IMG/VR virus record: IMGVR_UViG_3300033571_009404 | Span: 246,115 to 310,114 of that record | Reading direction: 5' to 3' (one strand) | DNA: 64,000 nt | Shown here: piece after piece, positions 31,468-41,820 of the stretch | How positions within the stretch are numbered: position 1 is the first letter of the stretch | Layout of the letters: each line of letters begins with the position of its first letter | Program-made: the position numbers and the translations under genes | The notes under the pieces: model-generated | Databases searched by the model: none | What the model saw: the letters and a program-made list of their open reading frames with translations, nothing else | Told to the model about the DNA's origin: nothing

Positions 31468-32343
31468 ATGTATCAACTCCAAAGCATCGATAGCCTGATG
31501 CAATACATCAACGCCAAGAATCCTTCGGCGAATTTGGTGAAAGGCGATCTGACATTTTCCAATCCCAAAGTGGTAGCGGGGACTTGGATGGAAGGCACGA
31601 CTTCCAAGAACACAGCTATCCAATTGACTGCTAAACCATCGGCAGTCTACCAAGGTTCGAAGGTCTTCATGTACGACCGTTTGAATCTGGCTTCACTGGC
31701 ATCCATTGCTGGTGTTCAGATCAAGGCTAACAACCCGACATCTACGTACAGCATTCTGAAACAGTTGCGTTATTTCAGTGGTGTTGATCTGACCACAGAT
31801 GACGTGGAAGACCTGCCAATCCAGAACGACGGTAACGGTAACTTGACTGTTGTCATTTCGGCTAAAACCACTTCAGTTGGCTGGGTCGGTAGTGTTTCTC
31901 TGCCAGTGACGGCGGGTGGTTCTTTCATTGACCAAGATCTGACCAATCCTGATCTGCAAGGTCTGAACTATCCGACCAATAATCCTGGTACCGACATCAT
32001 GTCGTCGGTCTACCTGTACGGCTATGATTTCACGACCTATGTGGCTGATCTGATTGATCTGCAACCTGGTGTGATTTCTGATACCGTTGCTGGTAAACTG
32101 GTGACTGCATTGCAGACTCTGGATGTCTCGTCTGGTAAAGCTCTGTGGAATGCTTCGTCGTCTTCTACTACTTGGTCTCTCCAAGGTGCAACAGTCGTAT
32201 CCAATGGTCTGAACAGCTCGTCGCTGCCGACTAACCAGTCGTACAAGTATGTTCTGGCGTTGGATCTGCGTAATGGCGTGACTACCCCTGTGGGTCGTCT
32301 GTATTTCCACTACAACGATCCGTTCAATCCGAACGACTTCTAA
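31468..32343 (+). CDS. Tail fibre/tail-tip paralog
   Basis: Family motifs; ends GRLYFHYN. Confidence 0.7.
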   Translation: MYQLQSIDSLMQYINAKNPSANLVKGDLTFSNPKVVAGTWMEGTTSKNTAIQLTAKPSAVYQGSKVFMYDRLNLASLASIAGVQIKANNPTSTYSILKQLRYFSGVDLTTDDVEDLPIQNDGNGNLTVVISAKTTSVGWVGSVSLPVTAGGSFIDQDLTNPDLQGLNYPTNNPGTDIMSSVYLYGYDFTTYVADLIDLQPGVISDTVAGKLVTALQTLDVSSGKALWNASSSSTTWSLQGATVVSNGLNSSSLPTNQSYKYVLALDLRNGVTTPVGRLYFHYNDPFNPNDF

Positions 32344-32386
32344 GACGTCATAGAGCCAGGGGACGTCCCCTGGCTCGCATAACGAG

Positions 32387-33247
32387 GTGTGTATGTTTCC
32401 GTATCCGTACAGAAAACCACAGTTAGATATCTTTTATCAATTGGTAAGAGATGCTAACCCTGGTATCCAACTGGATCTACCGTCGAATACGACAATCGGT
32501 GTTCCTGTATCACAGTCGGTACCTTCTACTGGTTTTCCGGCTAATACGAACGTCGTTATCAACGGCAAAGGTCAGTACGCAGCAAACAAAAGAGTAACGT
32601 ATCGTCGTATTGAAATGGCTAAGATGTTCCTTGGCCAGACTTTCACGATTACACCGTACAGCGCAGCATCTACGTTGCCGATTGCCGATGTAGTAGAAGC
32701 ACTGAACGCCACTTATGGCTTCTCCTTTGTTACTTCAGACTTCTCGGTATCCCAGATTAATCTGGGTGCCAACAACCTTACCTTTGCATCGGGTTCTTTG
32801 AACTACACCGGTTCATTTAGCTTGACATGGACTAAGGGTAAGCGTCAGATCAGTAGTGTAGTAGCCAACAAGAGTAATCTGGCCGGTCGACTGTACCCAG
32901 GTGGGAATACGTTTGATGGTACTCGTAAGAAACAAGGTCAGTACTTCTCTTACGATCAGTCGTTCTCGCTGCTGTCAGCCACGTTCTCTGGATTGACCAC
33001 GGGCACTCTGGACTACACGGTAGCTGCACATAAGCAAATCATCGATTACTTGACTGCTAACATCTCATCGCGTATCAATGGTACCGATCACACCAACGAT
33101 GGCGGCTTACAAGGTTTGACTTTTGCGAAGTATGCATTGCCGTCAGCCAACGTTCCAGAAGCCAACTCCTTGAAGTACTCGAACGTCTTTGCCATCTTTG
33201 CGCAATCGACGTCGTGGTTCCAAGGAACAATCCTGTTGCATTACTAA
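32387..33247 (+). CDS. Tail fibre/tail-tip paralog
   Basis: AGRLYPGGNTF; ends GTILLHY. Confidence 0.7.
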   Translation: MCMFPYPYRKPQLDIFYQLVRDANPGIQLDLPSNTTIGVPVSQSVPSTGFPANTNVVINGKGQYAANKRVTYRRIEMAKMFLGQTFTITPYSAASTLPIADVVEALNATYGFSFVTSDFSVSQINLGANNLTFASGSLNYTGSFSLTWTKGKRQISSVVANKSNLAGRLYPGGNTFDGTRKKQGQYFSYDQSFSLLSATFSGLTTGTLDYTVAAHKQIIDYLTANISSRINGTDHTNDGGLQGLTFAKYALPSANVPEANSLKYSNVFAIFAQSTSWFQGTILLHY

Positions 33248-33261
33248 TCTGAGGTATAACA

Positions 33262-33762
33262 ATGTCGATCTATGTAAAGTCATTGGATGACATTGCTGCG
33301 ATGTTGGTGGCTGCCGGTGCAACCGGTGTCGTAAGTAATGATATCAAAGTCATTGCTTTGAAACCAACGCCGTCTGGTGAATCTGTATACAACACCAAGG
33401 CTGTGATTCAGATGCAGCCCAGCAATGTGTCATTCACAGGCACGACGATTGTATACTTCGATCGTCTTGACCTGTCCAAATTGGCTAATCTTGGCCCATT
33501 GGACAAAACAAAGTATCTTACCTTTAGCGACGTTGATGTTAGCATTTACACGATGCTTGACTCTATCCGTGATGCTGTTGGTATTCAGTTCACTACTGAT
33601 GATCTGGTAGAAACGCAAACCGTAGCTGCTGATGACGGTACTGATGTAACACTGACAGCCAAGTCTACCAGTTTAGGTTGGACGGGTACAGTGACATTAC
33701 GTTTCTCTGGTTTACCCAACATCATCAATGCATTTAACGGTCGTGCATTGACAGGCTTCTAA
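33262..33762 (+). CDS. Tail fibre/tail-tip paralog, N-terminal domains only
   Basis: NTKA...FTGTTIVYFDRLDLS and AKSTSLGWTG (AKSTSLGW is identical in 27949-28782). Confidence 0.7.
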   Translation: MSIYVKSLDDIAAMLVAAGATGVVSNDIKVIALKPTPSGESVYNTKAVIQMQPSNVSFTGTTIVYFDRLDLSKLANLGPLDKTKYLTFSDVDVSIYTMLDSIRDAVGIQFTTDDLVETQTVAADDGTDVTLTAKSTSLGWTGTVTLRFSGLPNIINAFNGRALTGF

Positions 33763-33775
33763 ACAAGGAATCAAC

Positions 33776-34141
33776 ATGAACAACTGGCGTGAGTATTTCT
33801 ATCACCAGGATTTAGGTGCAGCTAAAGAAGAACTGTTGCGCCTTCCCGTGGGTCCTTTGAATGAGCATTTTGCCCAACTCTTAGCTAGTGGTCTGGCTAA
33901 TGCTGATGTGGGTGAATGCAAATCCAAATGGAACTTCGGTAGGCTTGCTCCCACGTGTGGTGTGGACGATGGTGTGGTTGTATATAACGGTAAGAATATC
34001 AGTTCGTTACCGACTAAATACAAGTGCTCCAATGTAGTGATTCTGGAGTATCCTGAATCCGATGTTACGCTGTCAGGTCGTATCTACCTGTGCTTTAATG
34101 CACCGGAAGAAGTCATCACACCTGACGAAACTTCTAACTAA
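33776..34141 (+). CDS. Stand-alone C-terminal domain of the tail-tip paralog family
   Basis: YKCSNVVILEYP...SGRIYLCFN matches the family C-terminus. Confidence 0.6.
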   Translation: MNNWREYFYHQDLGAAKEELLRLPVGPLNEHFAQLLASGLANADVGECKSKWNFGRLAPTCGVDDGVVVYNGKNISSLPTKYKCSNVVILEYPESDVTLSGRIYLCFNAPEEVITPDETSN

Positions 34142-34150
34142 GGGGATGAC

Positions 34151-35227
34151 ATGGCAATTCGTCAAGCAATGGGGTTTAATCACCTCCCCAAAGGAACGTG
34201 GTATGGCGGTGCATCGACGGGTTATGGATTGGGCTTGAATGGTTATGGTATCGTTGGACAAGCCAATGCAGCTAACGGTACTGGATCGTCAGGTCAAGTT
34301 GGGACGATTGGTCTGACAACCGACGGTATTTTGATGATTGCTAGAATGCCAGGCAATCACGTTGCTAACGTCGCGAACTCTTACTTTGGTATTACCCTGA
34401 CTGCCAAACATACTGACGGTGTTTCCCGCAAGAGTATTCTGGCATTCCGCTGCATTCCCAACAATAGTCGAAATGACCGTCAAATACTTCAGCTATGCGG
34501 TATCACATTAACGAACGCAGAGTGTGGTTTGACCGATACCGGTAATGTGAACTATTGTGAAGTAGTGATTGACCGTACCACCAACACGGTATCTACCTAT
34601 AACACAGCGGGTCAGTTGGTTACGACTAAAGCGGCTACTACATCTCTGTATTCAGCGGGTAATGTGGTTACCTTCGGTATTGCCATGTCTGGTACTGCGT
34701 ACACGGGTACATTGCTGCAAAATGAGATCTCACGTATCACCATGATTGACGATACACAGGACGATACCCCATGTGATCGAATGGGTCCTGTTGACTTGAT
34801 TCCTATCACGGTGGGTAGCGTCAACGGTTCTGACTACGTGACGTCAGATGGTTCTTCCCTGACTGATTGCTTGAATTCAGCGTTTGTTTCGACAGCGTCC
34901 ATGATTGCTCCATATGCACAATCTCCGTCGTCGTTACAACCATTGGGTATTGGTTTGTCAGCTTCTGGTGATCCATATGGTGTTATTAAGGGTCTAGCTG
35001 TGATGGTGAGTGCCAAGAAGGATTCCGGTACTGATTGTCAATTCAAGGTATCGTTATCGCAAGATGGTAACACTGTACAGGGTGATACTATTGGTTTTAA
35101 TGACAGTAGCTTCACTTATTACAACAACTTCGCAGTGCAAAACAAAGCACCCGATGGCGGCTTGTTTACTTGGGCTAAAATCAACGCATTGACGTTGAAT
35201 ATCACTCCGGTTCCAGCCACGCCGTAA
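34151..35227 (+). CDS. Beta-sandwich (ConA/LamG-like) virion protein, lectin-like paralog 1 of 5
   Basis: N-terminal GFNHLP; EVVID..TNT...Y; C-terminal APDGG.FT. Confidence 0.55.
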   Translation: MAIRQAMGFNHLPKGTWYGGASTGYGLGLNGYGIVGQANAANGTGSSGQVGTIGLTTDGILMIARMPGNHVANVANSYFGITLTAKHTDGVSRKSILAFRCIPNNSRNDRQILQLCGITLTNAECGLTDTGNVNYCEVVIDRTTNTVSTYNTAGQLVTTKAATTSLYSAGNVVTFGIAMSGTAYTGTLLQNEISRITMIDDTQDDTPCDRMGPVDLIPITVGSVNGSDYVTSDGSSLTDCLNSAFVSTASMIAPYAQSPSSLQPLGIGLSASGDPYGVIKGLAVMVSAKKDSGTDCQFKVSLSQDGNTVQGDTIGFNDSSFTYYNNFAVQNKAPDGGLFTWAKINALTLNITPVPATP

Positions 35228-35280
35228 TGGACGGAGAGGGTAATTACCCTCTCCGTATCTTTTAGGTTTGGAGTTAGATT

Positions 35281-36327
35281 ATGCCTATTCGTAAATACGT
35301 AAATTTCGATCATCTGCCAGATGGAGTTATTCCGTGGCAGACGAACAACACTTCAGGTTTACCTTACATCTACGGCGCTAACACCTCAGGGTCAGTTAAC
35401 GCAGCCATCTTCAGTAATCAGCTGGATGAATGTAAGTGGTTGGGTAGCGATGCAGGTGCGGTCTACACAGCAATCGATTTGCGACAGCTGTTCCTAGATA
35501 CGACTAAGAAGTCGATCTTCGGATTCCGTGGATATTGCACGACGCTGGCTCAATACCGCGTTGCTGGTTTCTATTCACCAACGTCAGGTGGTGTTGATCT
35601 GGCAGCCTCGACCGTCAATACTGGTACGTTGGGTGGTCCCAATATCGTGGCCGGTGTTGAGCAGTATATTGAAGTGGTGATGGACTGGGTGAATTATACT
35701 CAGACTGTCTACGTCAATGGTCAGGCCAAATATTCGCGTTCGTTCACGCAAGCGAACATGGCTCTGTTCATGTCCAGTTACTACACACTCGTTGTGGGTG
35801 CGGAATCGTCAGCAGCTGGCTGGCGGACAAAAGATTGGTACTTTGCTGATCAAGTGGGTAGCGAGAATCTACAACCTATGGGCGGCATCATTGTTCGTCC
35901 TGGTCAAATACTAGGTGCATCTGCTCCCTCGTACGCACCTCAGGGTGGTCTGACTCTCGCTCAACAATTGGGTTCCAAGATGACTGACTTACGTGACATG
36001 TATTGGCCAAATGCTCAATCCACAAATGGTGCGGCATCTGGCGATATTGCAATCAATGGCGTGGGTGTGGACTTTCAGGGATCGCAAGCTATCATCGGTG
36101 CCGAGCTGTGGGCCTCCGGTCGTAACCAATCTGCGACTGCGCGCAACTTGACAGCCAAAGCTGTATTGGGTGGGCAGAGCACCGTAGGTACTGCTAAAGC
36201 ACTTCCTACGGGTAACGCCAGTATCCTCTTCGGCGGCTTTAACCTGAATATGTCCGTGGCCCCGGACGGCGCTGCATGGACCCCAACTAAATTGGCTAAT
36301 GCGACTTTCGCACAAACCGCGAGCTAA
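35281..36327 (+). CDS. Lectin-like paralog 2 of 5
   Basis: NFDHLP; YIEVVMDW..YVNG; APDGAAWT. Confidence 0.55.
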   Translation: MPIRKYVNFDHLPDGVIPWQTNNTSGLPYIYGANTSGSVNAAIFSNQLDECKWLGSDAGAVYTAIDLRQLFLDTTKKSIFGFRGYCTTLAQYRVAGFYSPTSGGVDLAASTVNTGTLGGPNIVAGVEQYIEVVMDWVNYTQTVYVNGQAKYSRSFTQANMALFMSSYYTLVVGAESSAAGWRTKDWYFADQVGSENLQPMGGIIVRPGQILGASAPSYAPQGGLTLAQQLGSKMTDLRDMYWPNAQSTNGAASGDIAINGVGVDFQGSQAIIGAELWASGRNQSATARNLTAKAVLGGQSTVGTAKALPTGNASILFGGFNLNMSVAPDGAAWTPTKLANATFAQTAS

Positions 36328-36338
36328 CAGGATAAGCC

Positions 36339-37355
36339 ATGAAGGAAATCAAAGCAGTTTGGGGATTTGACCATATCCCCGATGGCCCCCTGCCATGGAA
36401 CTATGGTTTGTCAGCAGGTGGTGTGGCTTTCGTACCAGCGGCTTCTCCACTTACTCAGAACCTGCAAGTTATAACTTATCAAGGTCGCAAGTGGGCGGGT
36501 CAGAACTTTAACACCAACAACGTCTATTTCAGCTGGGACATTCGTCCGATGTTGGACCTGACCAAGAAAGTGGTGATGGGGATGCGCTGCATGACGACGC
36601 ATCCTCAATATTTCGCACCGTTCTTGTGGTTAAGTGCAGCAGGTTCTGCACTGGCTGGTAACGTCCTAGGTACGACTTTGAACATGTCTGCTGGTACGGA
36701 ATACTACGTCGAAATGGAGCAAGACTTCATCACTGGTGTCAATAATTGGTACGTTGATGGTGTTTTGCGTTTTTCACGTACGTATACAGCGGCTCAAGTA
36801 GCTACCATCTCCACGACCTATTTCATTATGTATATTGGCGGTGGTTTCGGTGCTGCCCCGTACTGGTTCGTTCGTGATATGTACTTCGGTCATTGCAACG
36901 GTGCAGATACAATTGACCGACTCGGTCCCATTGATTTAACTCCATTGGAATTCTCATCGGTAACACCTCCAGCGGGTTCCGTCAAGCCCTATGGCATGTC
37001 TGACCTTGATGCATTGATCAACCCACCGACAGATAAGTTGAAGTCATTGTTCTATCCGCGACAAGAACTGCCTGGTACCGGTGAATTAGTTGCTCGCATG
37101 CGAGTACCATCTTCAGTGCAAGGTGCTCTGAAAGGTGTTTATCTCCTGTCATCGACTCAGGATCGTGCGGACACCCCGCGTACATTGTCGGCCGCGTTAC
37201 GTAAAGATGGTGTGACACTCCCAATGGGTAACGTTCCCATGGCTAATACATGGAAGTATGGTTACGGACATGGCGTGGCAATGAATGCACCTGATGGTAG
37301 TGCGTGGGATGCTACTAAGTTCAACTCGACTGATGTCGTACTCACAGCAGCTTGA
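36339..37355 (+). CDS. Lectin-like paralog 3 of 5
   Basis: GFDHIP; YYVEME.D..WYVDG; APDGSAWD. Confidence 0.55.
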   Translation: MKEIKAVWGFDHIPDGPLPWNYGLSAGGVAFVPAASPLTQNLQVITYQGRKWAGQNFNTNNVYFSWDIRPMLDLTKKVVMGMRCMTTHPQYFAPFLWLSAAGSALAGNVLGTTLNMSAGTEYYVEMEQDFITGVNNWYVDGVLRFSRTYTAAQVATISTTYFIMYIGGGFGAAPYWFVRDMYFGHCNGADTIDRLGPIDLTPLEFSSVTPPAGSVKPYGMSDLDALINPPTDKLKSLFYPRQELPGTGELVARMRVPSSVQGALKGVYLLSSTQDRADTPRTLSAALRKDGVTLPMGNVPMANTWKYGYGHGVAMNAPDGSAWDATKFNSTDVVLTAA

Positions 37356-37445
37356 TAGGATGGAAAGAGTAGTGATCCATTCCTGACATTATTCTTTCCT
37401 CTAATCACCATACCTGGTGTAGGTACTATTAACATCGGAGCTAAA

Positions 37446-38492
37446 ATGCAAGTCAAGAAACTTTTCCCCACGGAAGATATCCCGATCGACACGGCTGGCG
37501 TGCACACGATCTATGGCACCGGCTTTTACGGTCAGGGTATCACGTGGTGCGGTGGTCCGTCGACCAAAGTCACCATGTTGCAAGGTCGGAAATGGTGGAG
37601 TGGTCTTCAGAACGTGAGCGTGCTTCTGATCCCGTTCATGGATTTCGTGTCCGCATCTCCGAACATTGTCGTAATCAGCTGGAGAGCGATTTCCCAGAAC
37701 CCAGGTCAGATGCGCACTGGTAGTCTTTTCAGTCGTGCGCAAAGCGCGTTTTACGAGACACTTGGGGCGGGTACTGGCAGTAATCCAACATTAGTTGTAA
37801 ATCAAGAACACTTCATTGAAGCTGTTTTTGATTTCACCAATCGCCAATACTATCGAGCAGTGGATGGAGTAGTGGTGGCTAACACAATCATTACCACCTG
37901 GACTCAAGCGCAATGGGATGCCATTCGCTCAACCAATAACCTCTTTGCCATCGGCGCATACAACGACGGCAACACCTGGTTGATTCGTGATATCGCAGTT
38001 CGTGAATACGCCACTGGCGAATCGTTCACTCCGAGTGCCAATCTGGACGTCGAGCGTTTAGCCATGTCGGCAGGTACTGGTTCGGATTACTTCACATCGA
38101 ATGGTGGCAATGTCCAGGACGTGCTTAGCACGGATTATAGCGACATTCTGACCGTGCCTAATAGTTCGATGTATGTCCCATTTGTAGAGTCTCCTAAGGG
38201 CGCTACTGCCGGTCAATTGGCCATGGCCATGGGTAATTACAATGGCCCGGAAGGAATCGTGAGGGGTATGGAATTCATCATGACTGCGAAGTCGATGGAT
38301 GCCGCACCTGCTGCACTCACCCCCAGCTTCAGTCAAAACAGCGTTGCTGCTGCGATGTCGAAGCAGGTGTTGACCGGTGCGTTCGGCTATCGTAAGTCGC
38401 TGGGAGCATTGAGCACCATGCCAGATGGATCGACGATGACACGCGCCAAGATTGCGTCCGGTTCTCTCATTCTGACGCCGTCCGCATCGTAA
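37446..38492 (+). CDS. Lectin-like paralog 4 of 5
   Basis: FIEAVFDF..AVDG; MPDGSTMT; same length. Confidence 0.55.
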   Translation: MQVKKLFPTEDIPIDTAGVHTIYGTGFYGQGITWCGGPSTKVTMLQGRKWWSGLQNVSVLLIPFMDFVSASPNIVVISWRAISQNPGQMRTGSLFSRAQSAFYETLGAGTGSNPTLVVNQEHFIEAVFDFTNRQYYRAVDGVVVANTIITTWTQAQWDAIRSTNNLFAIGAYNDGNTWLIRDIAVREYATGESFTPSANLDVERLAMSAGTGSDYFTSNGGNVQDVLSTDYSDILTVPNSSMYVPFVESPKGATAGQLAMAMGNYNGPEGIVRGMEFIMTAKSMDAAPAALTPSFSQNSVAAAMSKQVLTGAFGYRKSLGALSTMPDGSTMTRAKIASGSLILTPSAS

Positions 38493-38502
38493 AGGAAGAA
38501 TC

Positions 38503-39549
38503 ATGCGTATTGCAAAAATGATGCCACTGGCTGATTACCCGATTAACATCGCTGGTATTCTCGCACTGACGGGTTTTCCTTTGGGAATCGGGAGTAACAA
38601 CAACTCAGCAATTGGCGTACAGATCATCAATGATGACAAGTGGTTGCAAGCACCACAGAACACGTATTCCATGGCGATCCCTTTAGTTGGCATCGGTCTT
38701 AACAATACTGGTGTGACTGTTATCGGTTATCGTGTTTACACTGATATCCCATCCAATTGTCACGCCGGTGTATATGCTACGTCGAACGGTGCTACGCCGA
38801 TCGTAGCGGCTGCTAGTCAACCTACTGCAGCATTAGCCGGTGTTGTGGCGAATACTCCCGCGTATTTGGAAGTCTCCATCAACTGGCAGACTGGCGTTTG
38901 GGCTGTTTGTAAGAATGGTGTTCAGACCTGGTCATTGACACTGACTTCAACTCAGTTGGCGAGCATCTTGTCGACGTACTCCTGGATGTTCATAGGTGGT
39001 CGTGGTAGTGGCGGTGGTACTTGGGATATCAAGGATATCCATATCCGGGAATACGATCCAGGTGAAACATATGTGCCGTGGGTGAGTCCGAAGTTTAATT
39101 ACTTCAACATGAAGAATGTGATAGCTCGCGGTCAACAGCGTATTGCAGTTGCTGTTGATCAATTAAATGGTCCGGAAGTTGCAACATATGCAGTCTCTCA
39201 ACCGATGGTGGATCTATCAACCAGTTTGCAAGTTCCAGCTATTCAAGCTGCTATCGCTACTGATCCTAACCCGATGTCGATGATGCCTGATCTTCAGAAT
39301 AGTTTCCAAGGTACCGTTGTGGGAATGGAAGTATTTGATACCATGAAGTCAAGCGATTCCACATTGCCAGGATTAGGTGCTACATTGGTTCAGAGTGGTA
39401 GTAGTCTCAGAGGAACACTTCAGACGATCACATCCTCGATGAATCGTAAGAACCTTTTCGATGTAGTCGAGAAGAACATCGATGGTAGCGCACTCACTAA
39501 GGCAAGTATCAATGCATCCATTATTCGGATTGGTAACAGATCCAGTTAA
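38503..39549 (+). CDS. Lectin-like paralog 5 of 5
   Basis: YLEVSINW..CKNG; IDGSALT; same length. Confidence 0.55.
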   Translation: MRIAKMMPLADYPINIAGILALTGFPLGIGSNNNSAIGVQIINDDKWLQAPQNTYSMAIPLVGIGLNNTGVTVIGYRVYTDIPSNCHAGVYATSNGATPIVAAASQPTAALAGVVANTPAYLEVSINWQTGVWAVCKNGVQTWSLTLTSTQLASILSTYSWMFIGGRGSGGGTWDIKDIHIREYDPGETYVPWVSPKFNYFNMKNVIARGQQRIAVAVDQLNGPEVATYAVSQPMVDLSTSLQVPAIQAAIATDPNPMSMMPDLQNSFQGTVVGMEVFDTMKSSDSTLPGLGATLVQSGSSLRGTLQTITSSMNRKNLFDVVEKNIDGSALTKASINASIIRIGNRSS

Positions 39550-39586
39550 TAGTCCGGGAATTGGTTTTAGAACATAAGGAAGAAAC

Positions 39587-40405
39587 ATGTCATTAACTCA
39601 TCGCCAGATTATCGGTTACACGATGGTCGATGGCTACAACAGTGTGGTGATCCGCTCTGTGACGGGTTTCGTATTGGTGGATCGTGGTAATCCGATAGCG
39701 ATCCGGCAGATGGGTGTGTTTGTAGCCGTACCTGAAACGAAACCAATCCGACTGAAACAGTTGGGTGGCTATGTTATCTCTAAGACCCCAGCCAGAGGTA
39801 AGATACGTAATACCAGTGGTTACGTGATCCAGCGTATTCAACCAACCGGCAGAGTACGTCACATTGATGGTTATGTGATCATGACTGCGGCTAAGGCTGT
39901 GGTTCGTAACAAGACTGGTATGGATGCATTACTGGACTTGATGAATGCTAACGCTAAAGTCACGTTCACATACGACACCATCACCATAGGTGTAGTTACA
40001 TACGACCCTATGGGAACCGTGCAGGGTAAGAACACAAAAGTACGCATTACCGCTAAAGGCAACAGTCTCGGTTATTCTGGATCGAATTACCTTTACTACG
40101 ACCGTATTCCGTTCGAACGTTACCATACCGATCGTACTTGGAAGTTGTCGATTACCTCAGACACCACCTTACGTGCTCTGATCCCACAGATCAATACTCT
40201 GTACGGTGGTAATCTGGTAGCTACTGATGTCGTCGACGGACCCGTTTTAGCAGGTGCTACTGGTGTTAGATTAACTGCCGCCGATCAAAGTTATATGATG
40301 ATCCCAGGGTCATATGTGGCACTCGGTGCGGACCCCGGACCATTCAAGACAGATCTTGCCACGAGTGTTCCGATAAGAAACCTGGACGGTTTCGTCCCGG
40401 CTTAA
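39587..40405 (+). CDS. Tail protein with six short beta repeats fused to the family attachment domain
   Basis: R/K-x3-G-Y/F-V repeats; LLDLMN..KNTKV...YSG...YYDR. Confidence 0.65.
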   Translation: MSLTHRQIIGYTMVDGYNSVVIRSVTGFVLVDRGNPIAIRQMGVFVAVPETKPIRLKQLGGYVISKTPARGKIRNTSGYVIQRIQPTGRVRHIDGYVIMTAAKAVVRNKTGMDALLDLMNANAKVTFTYDTITIGVVTYDPMGTVQGKNTKVRITAKGNSLGYSGSNYLYYDRIPFERYHTDRTWKLSITSDTTLRALIPQINTLYGGNLVATDVVDGPVLAGATGVRLTAADQSYMMIPGSYVALGADPGPFKTDLATSVPIRNLDGFVPA

Positions 40406-40485
40406 TAGTCATTTTTTAATCATCATCTTATGTATCACCACACCACTATTTGGTGATACATTTCACCACTCTTCAAGGAAATGTC

Positions 40486-41028
40486 ATGGCAACTAAAATC
40501 AACGTTGCGAAGTCCGCTCTTGCAAACCTGCTGGACCTGATCAACGCAACGAACGTCAGTGCAAACCTGTCGACTTCGAGCGTCGATATCGGCGTGCCTT
40601 CGGCTCGTACCCCCGATGCCAATCCGAACAACACCACCGTCAGTGTCTCGCCCAAGTCGGGCAGTGGCATCCCTGGTGATCCGATCTCGGTCACTTACAT
40701 GCGTCTGGCTCTGTCTACTGGCCTGTCCGGTGGCGCGTCTGGCTCGGCTCTGAACTTCAACGTGGATGGCAATGACTCCACTGCTGAAGCTGCACTGCTG
40801 GCTGCTGCCGCTACTCAGCTGGGCCTGGTGGCTGGCGAGTTCGCAATCGATGCATCCACTCCTCTGTCGGGCGTGGAACAAGGTGCCGCTGCTTCGGGTA
40901 TCCTGCTGACCCCGAACGCCGGTTCCCTGCTGTACACTGGTGGTGTTACCATTCAAGTGACCTGGCCTGCCAGCGATCTGAATACTCTGGTGGCCAACAA
41001 GCAACTGGATGGTTTCGAAGCCGCGTAA
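40486..41028 (+). CDS. Tail attachment-domain paralog (abundant; similar to 26517-27041)
   Basis: LLDLIN..NT.V..Y.RL; SD AAGGA before ATG 40486; strong codon bias. Confidence 0.7.
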   Translation: MATKINVAKSALANLLDLINATNVSANLSTSSVDIGVPSARTPDANPNNTTVSVSPKSGSGIPGDPISVTYMRLALSTGLSGGASGSALNFNVDGNDSTAEAALLAAAATQLGLVAGEFAIDASTPLSGVEQGAAASGILLTPNAGSLLYTGGVTIQVTWPASDLNTLVANKQLDGFEAA

Positions 41029-41045
41029 TCTAGGCTAGAACAATA

Positions 41046-41080
41046 AAGGGAGGGTGCTTCGGCGCTCTCCCTTTATGCCG
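41046..41080 (+). terminator. Terminator hairpin
   Basis: AAAGGGAGGGTGC TTCG GCGCTCTCCCTTT-ATGCCG. Confidence 0.8.
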
Positions 41081-41119
41081 TCTATTTTATGATTACAGCC
41101 TCTAAATAGGGATAGTACC

Positions 41120-41572
41120 ATGAGTATCTCAACATCGATTGACAGCTTAGTTGCGTCTATCACTCAGTATGGACAAACCATCAATACCAAGAAACTAAAT
41201 GCCATCGGTGGAAGAATCGGGGCTTATAGTGAAGTTGTTAAGCACCTGGTAAATACAGGTGCAACCATTGCAGTTGATGCTAGTTTAGCGAACGTCTTTG
41301 ACATTTCTTTGTCAGCTACTGCCAAACTATCATTTACCAAAGTACCTACATCGGATTCTGCTAATAGCATATTCGCTAGCTATTCAGTCACACTTGCCGT
41401 AATCCGTACTGTGGCGAACGCTAAGATTGATTTCTCTGGCTTGAGTATCAATTGGCAAGATGGCGTTGAACCAGATCAAGCTACGGCCGTCAATAAAACT
41501 GACGTCTTCATTTTGACAACGGAAGATGGTGGTGCTACTTGGTATGGTTATGTCGGTGGATCGAATCGATAA
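41120..41572 (+). CDS. Tail-fibre-associated beta-sandwich domain protein
   Basis: AIAVDASLANVFDISL..I.W.DG..P..T...TDVFIL.T.DGG.TWYG, a pattern common at fibre C-termini. Confidence 0.65.
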   Translation: MSISTSIDSLVASITQYGQTINTKKLNAIGGRIGAYSEVVKHLVNTGATIAVDASLANVFDISLSATAKLSFTKVPTSDSANSIFASYSVTLAVIRTVANAKIDFSGLSINWQDGVEPDQATAVNKTDVFILTTEDGGATWYGYVGGSNR

Positions 41573-41643
41573 TATCAGACGAGTACTCCTGTAAATAAGG
41601 AGTACTCGTTTATGTTCGTTATCTGAACACATAGAGGAGATCT

Positions 41644-41820
41644 ATGATGGAGTTTAACGAGACTCAGATTTATATACTAATACTCCTGCTACTGGCAGAT
41701 CTAATTAGTTTGGCTTTCTTAATCTGGGTCTACGTAGTCTATTATAGACCTTCATTGAAGAAGAAAGTAAAGGACGATCATGTTCACATCGACTCTCCTG
41801 AAGACGGTTCTTGGTTTTAA
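41644..41820 (+). CDS. Small single-TM membrane protein (58 aa, not in the ORF track)
   Basis: SD GAGGAG; MMEFNETQIYILILLLLADLISLAFLIWVYVVYYRPSLKKK; overlaps the next gene start by 41 nt. Confidence 0.4.
   Translation: MMEFNETQIYILILLLLADLISLAFLIWVYVVYYRPSLKKKVKDDHVHIDSPEDGSWF

Noticed and set aside
41644-41820. Holin call for the small TM ORF
   Set aside because: A single TM segment and basic tail are not diagnostic, and the gene is about 40 kb from the endolysin.
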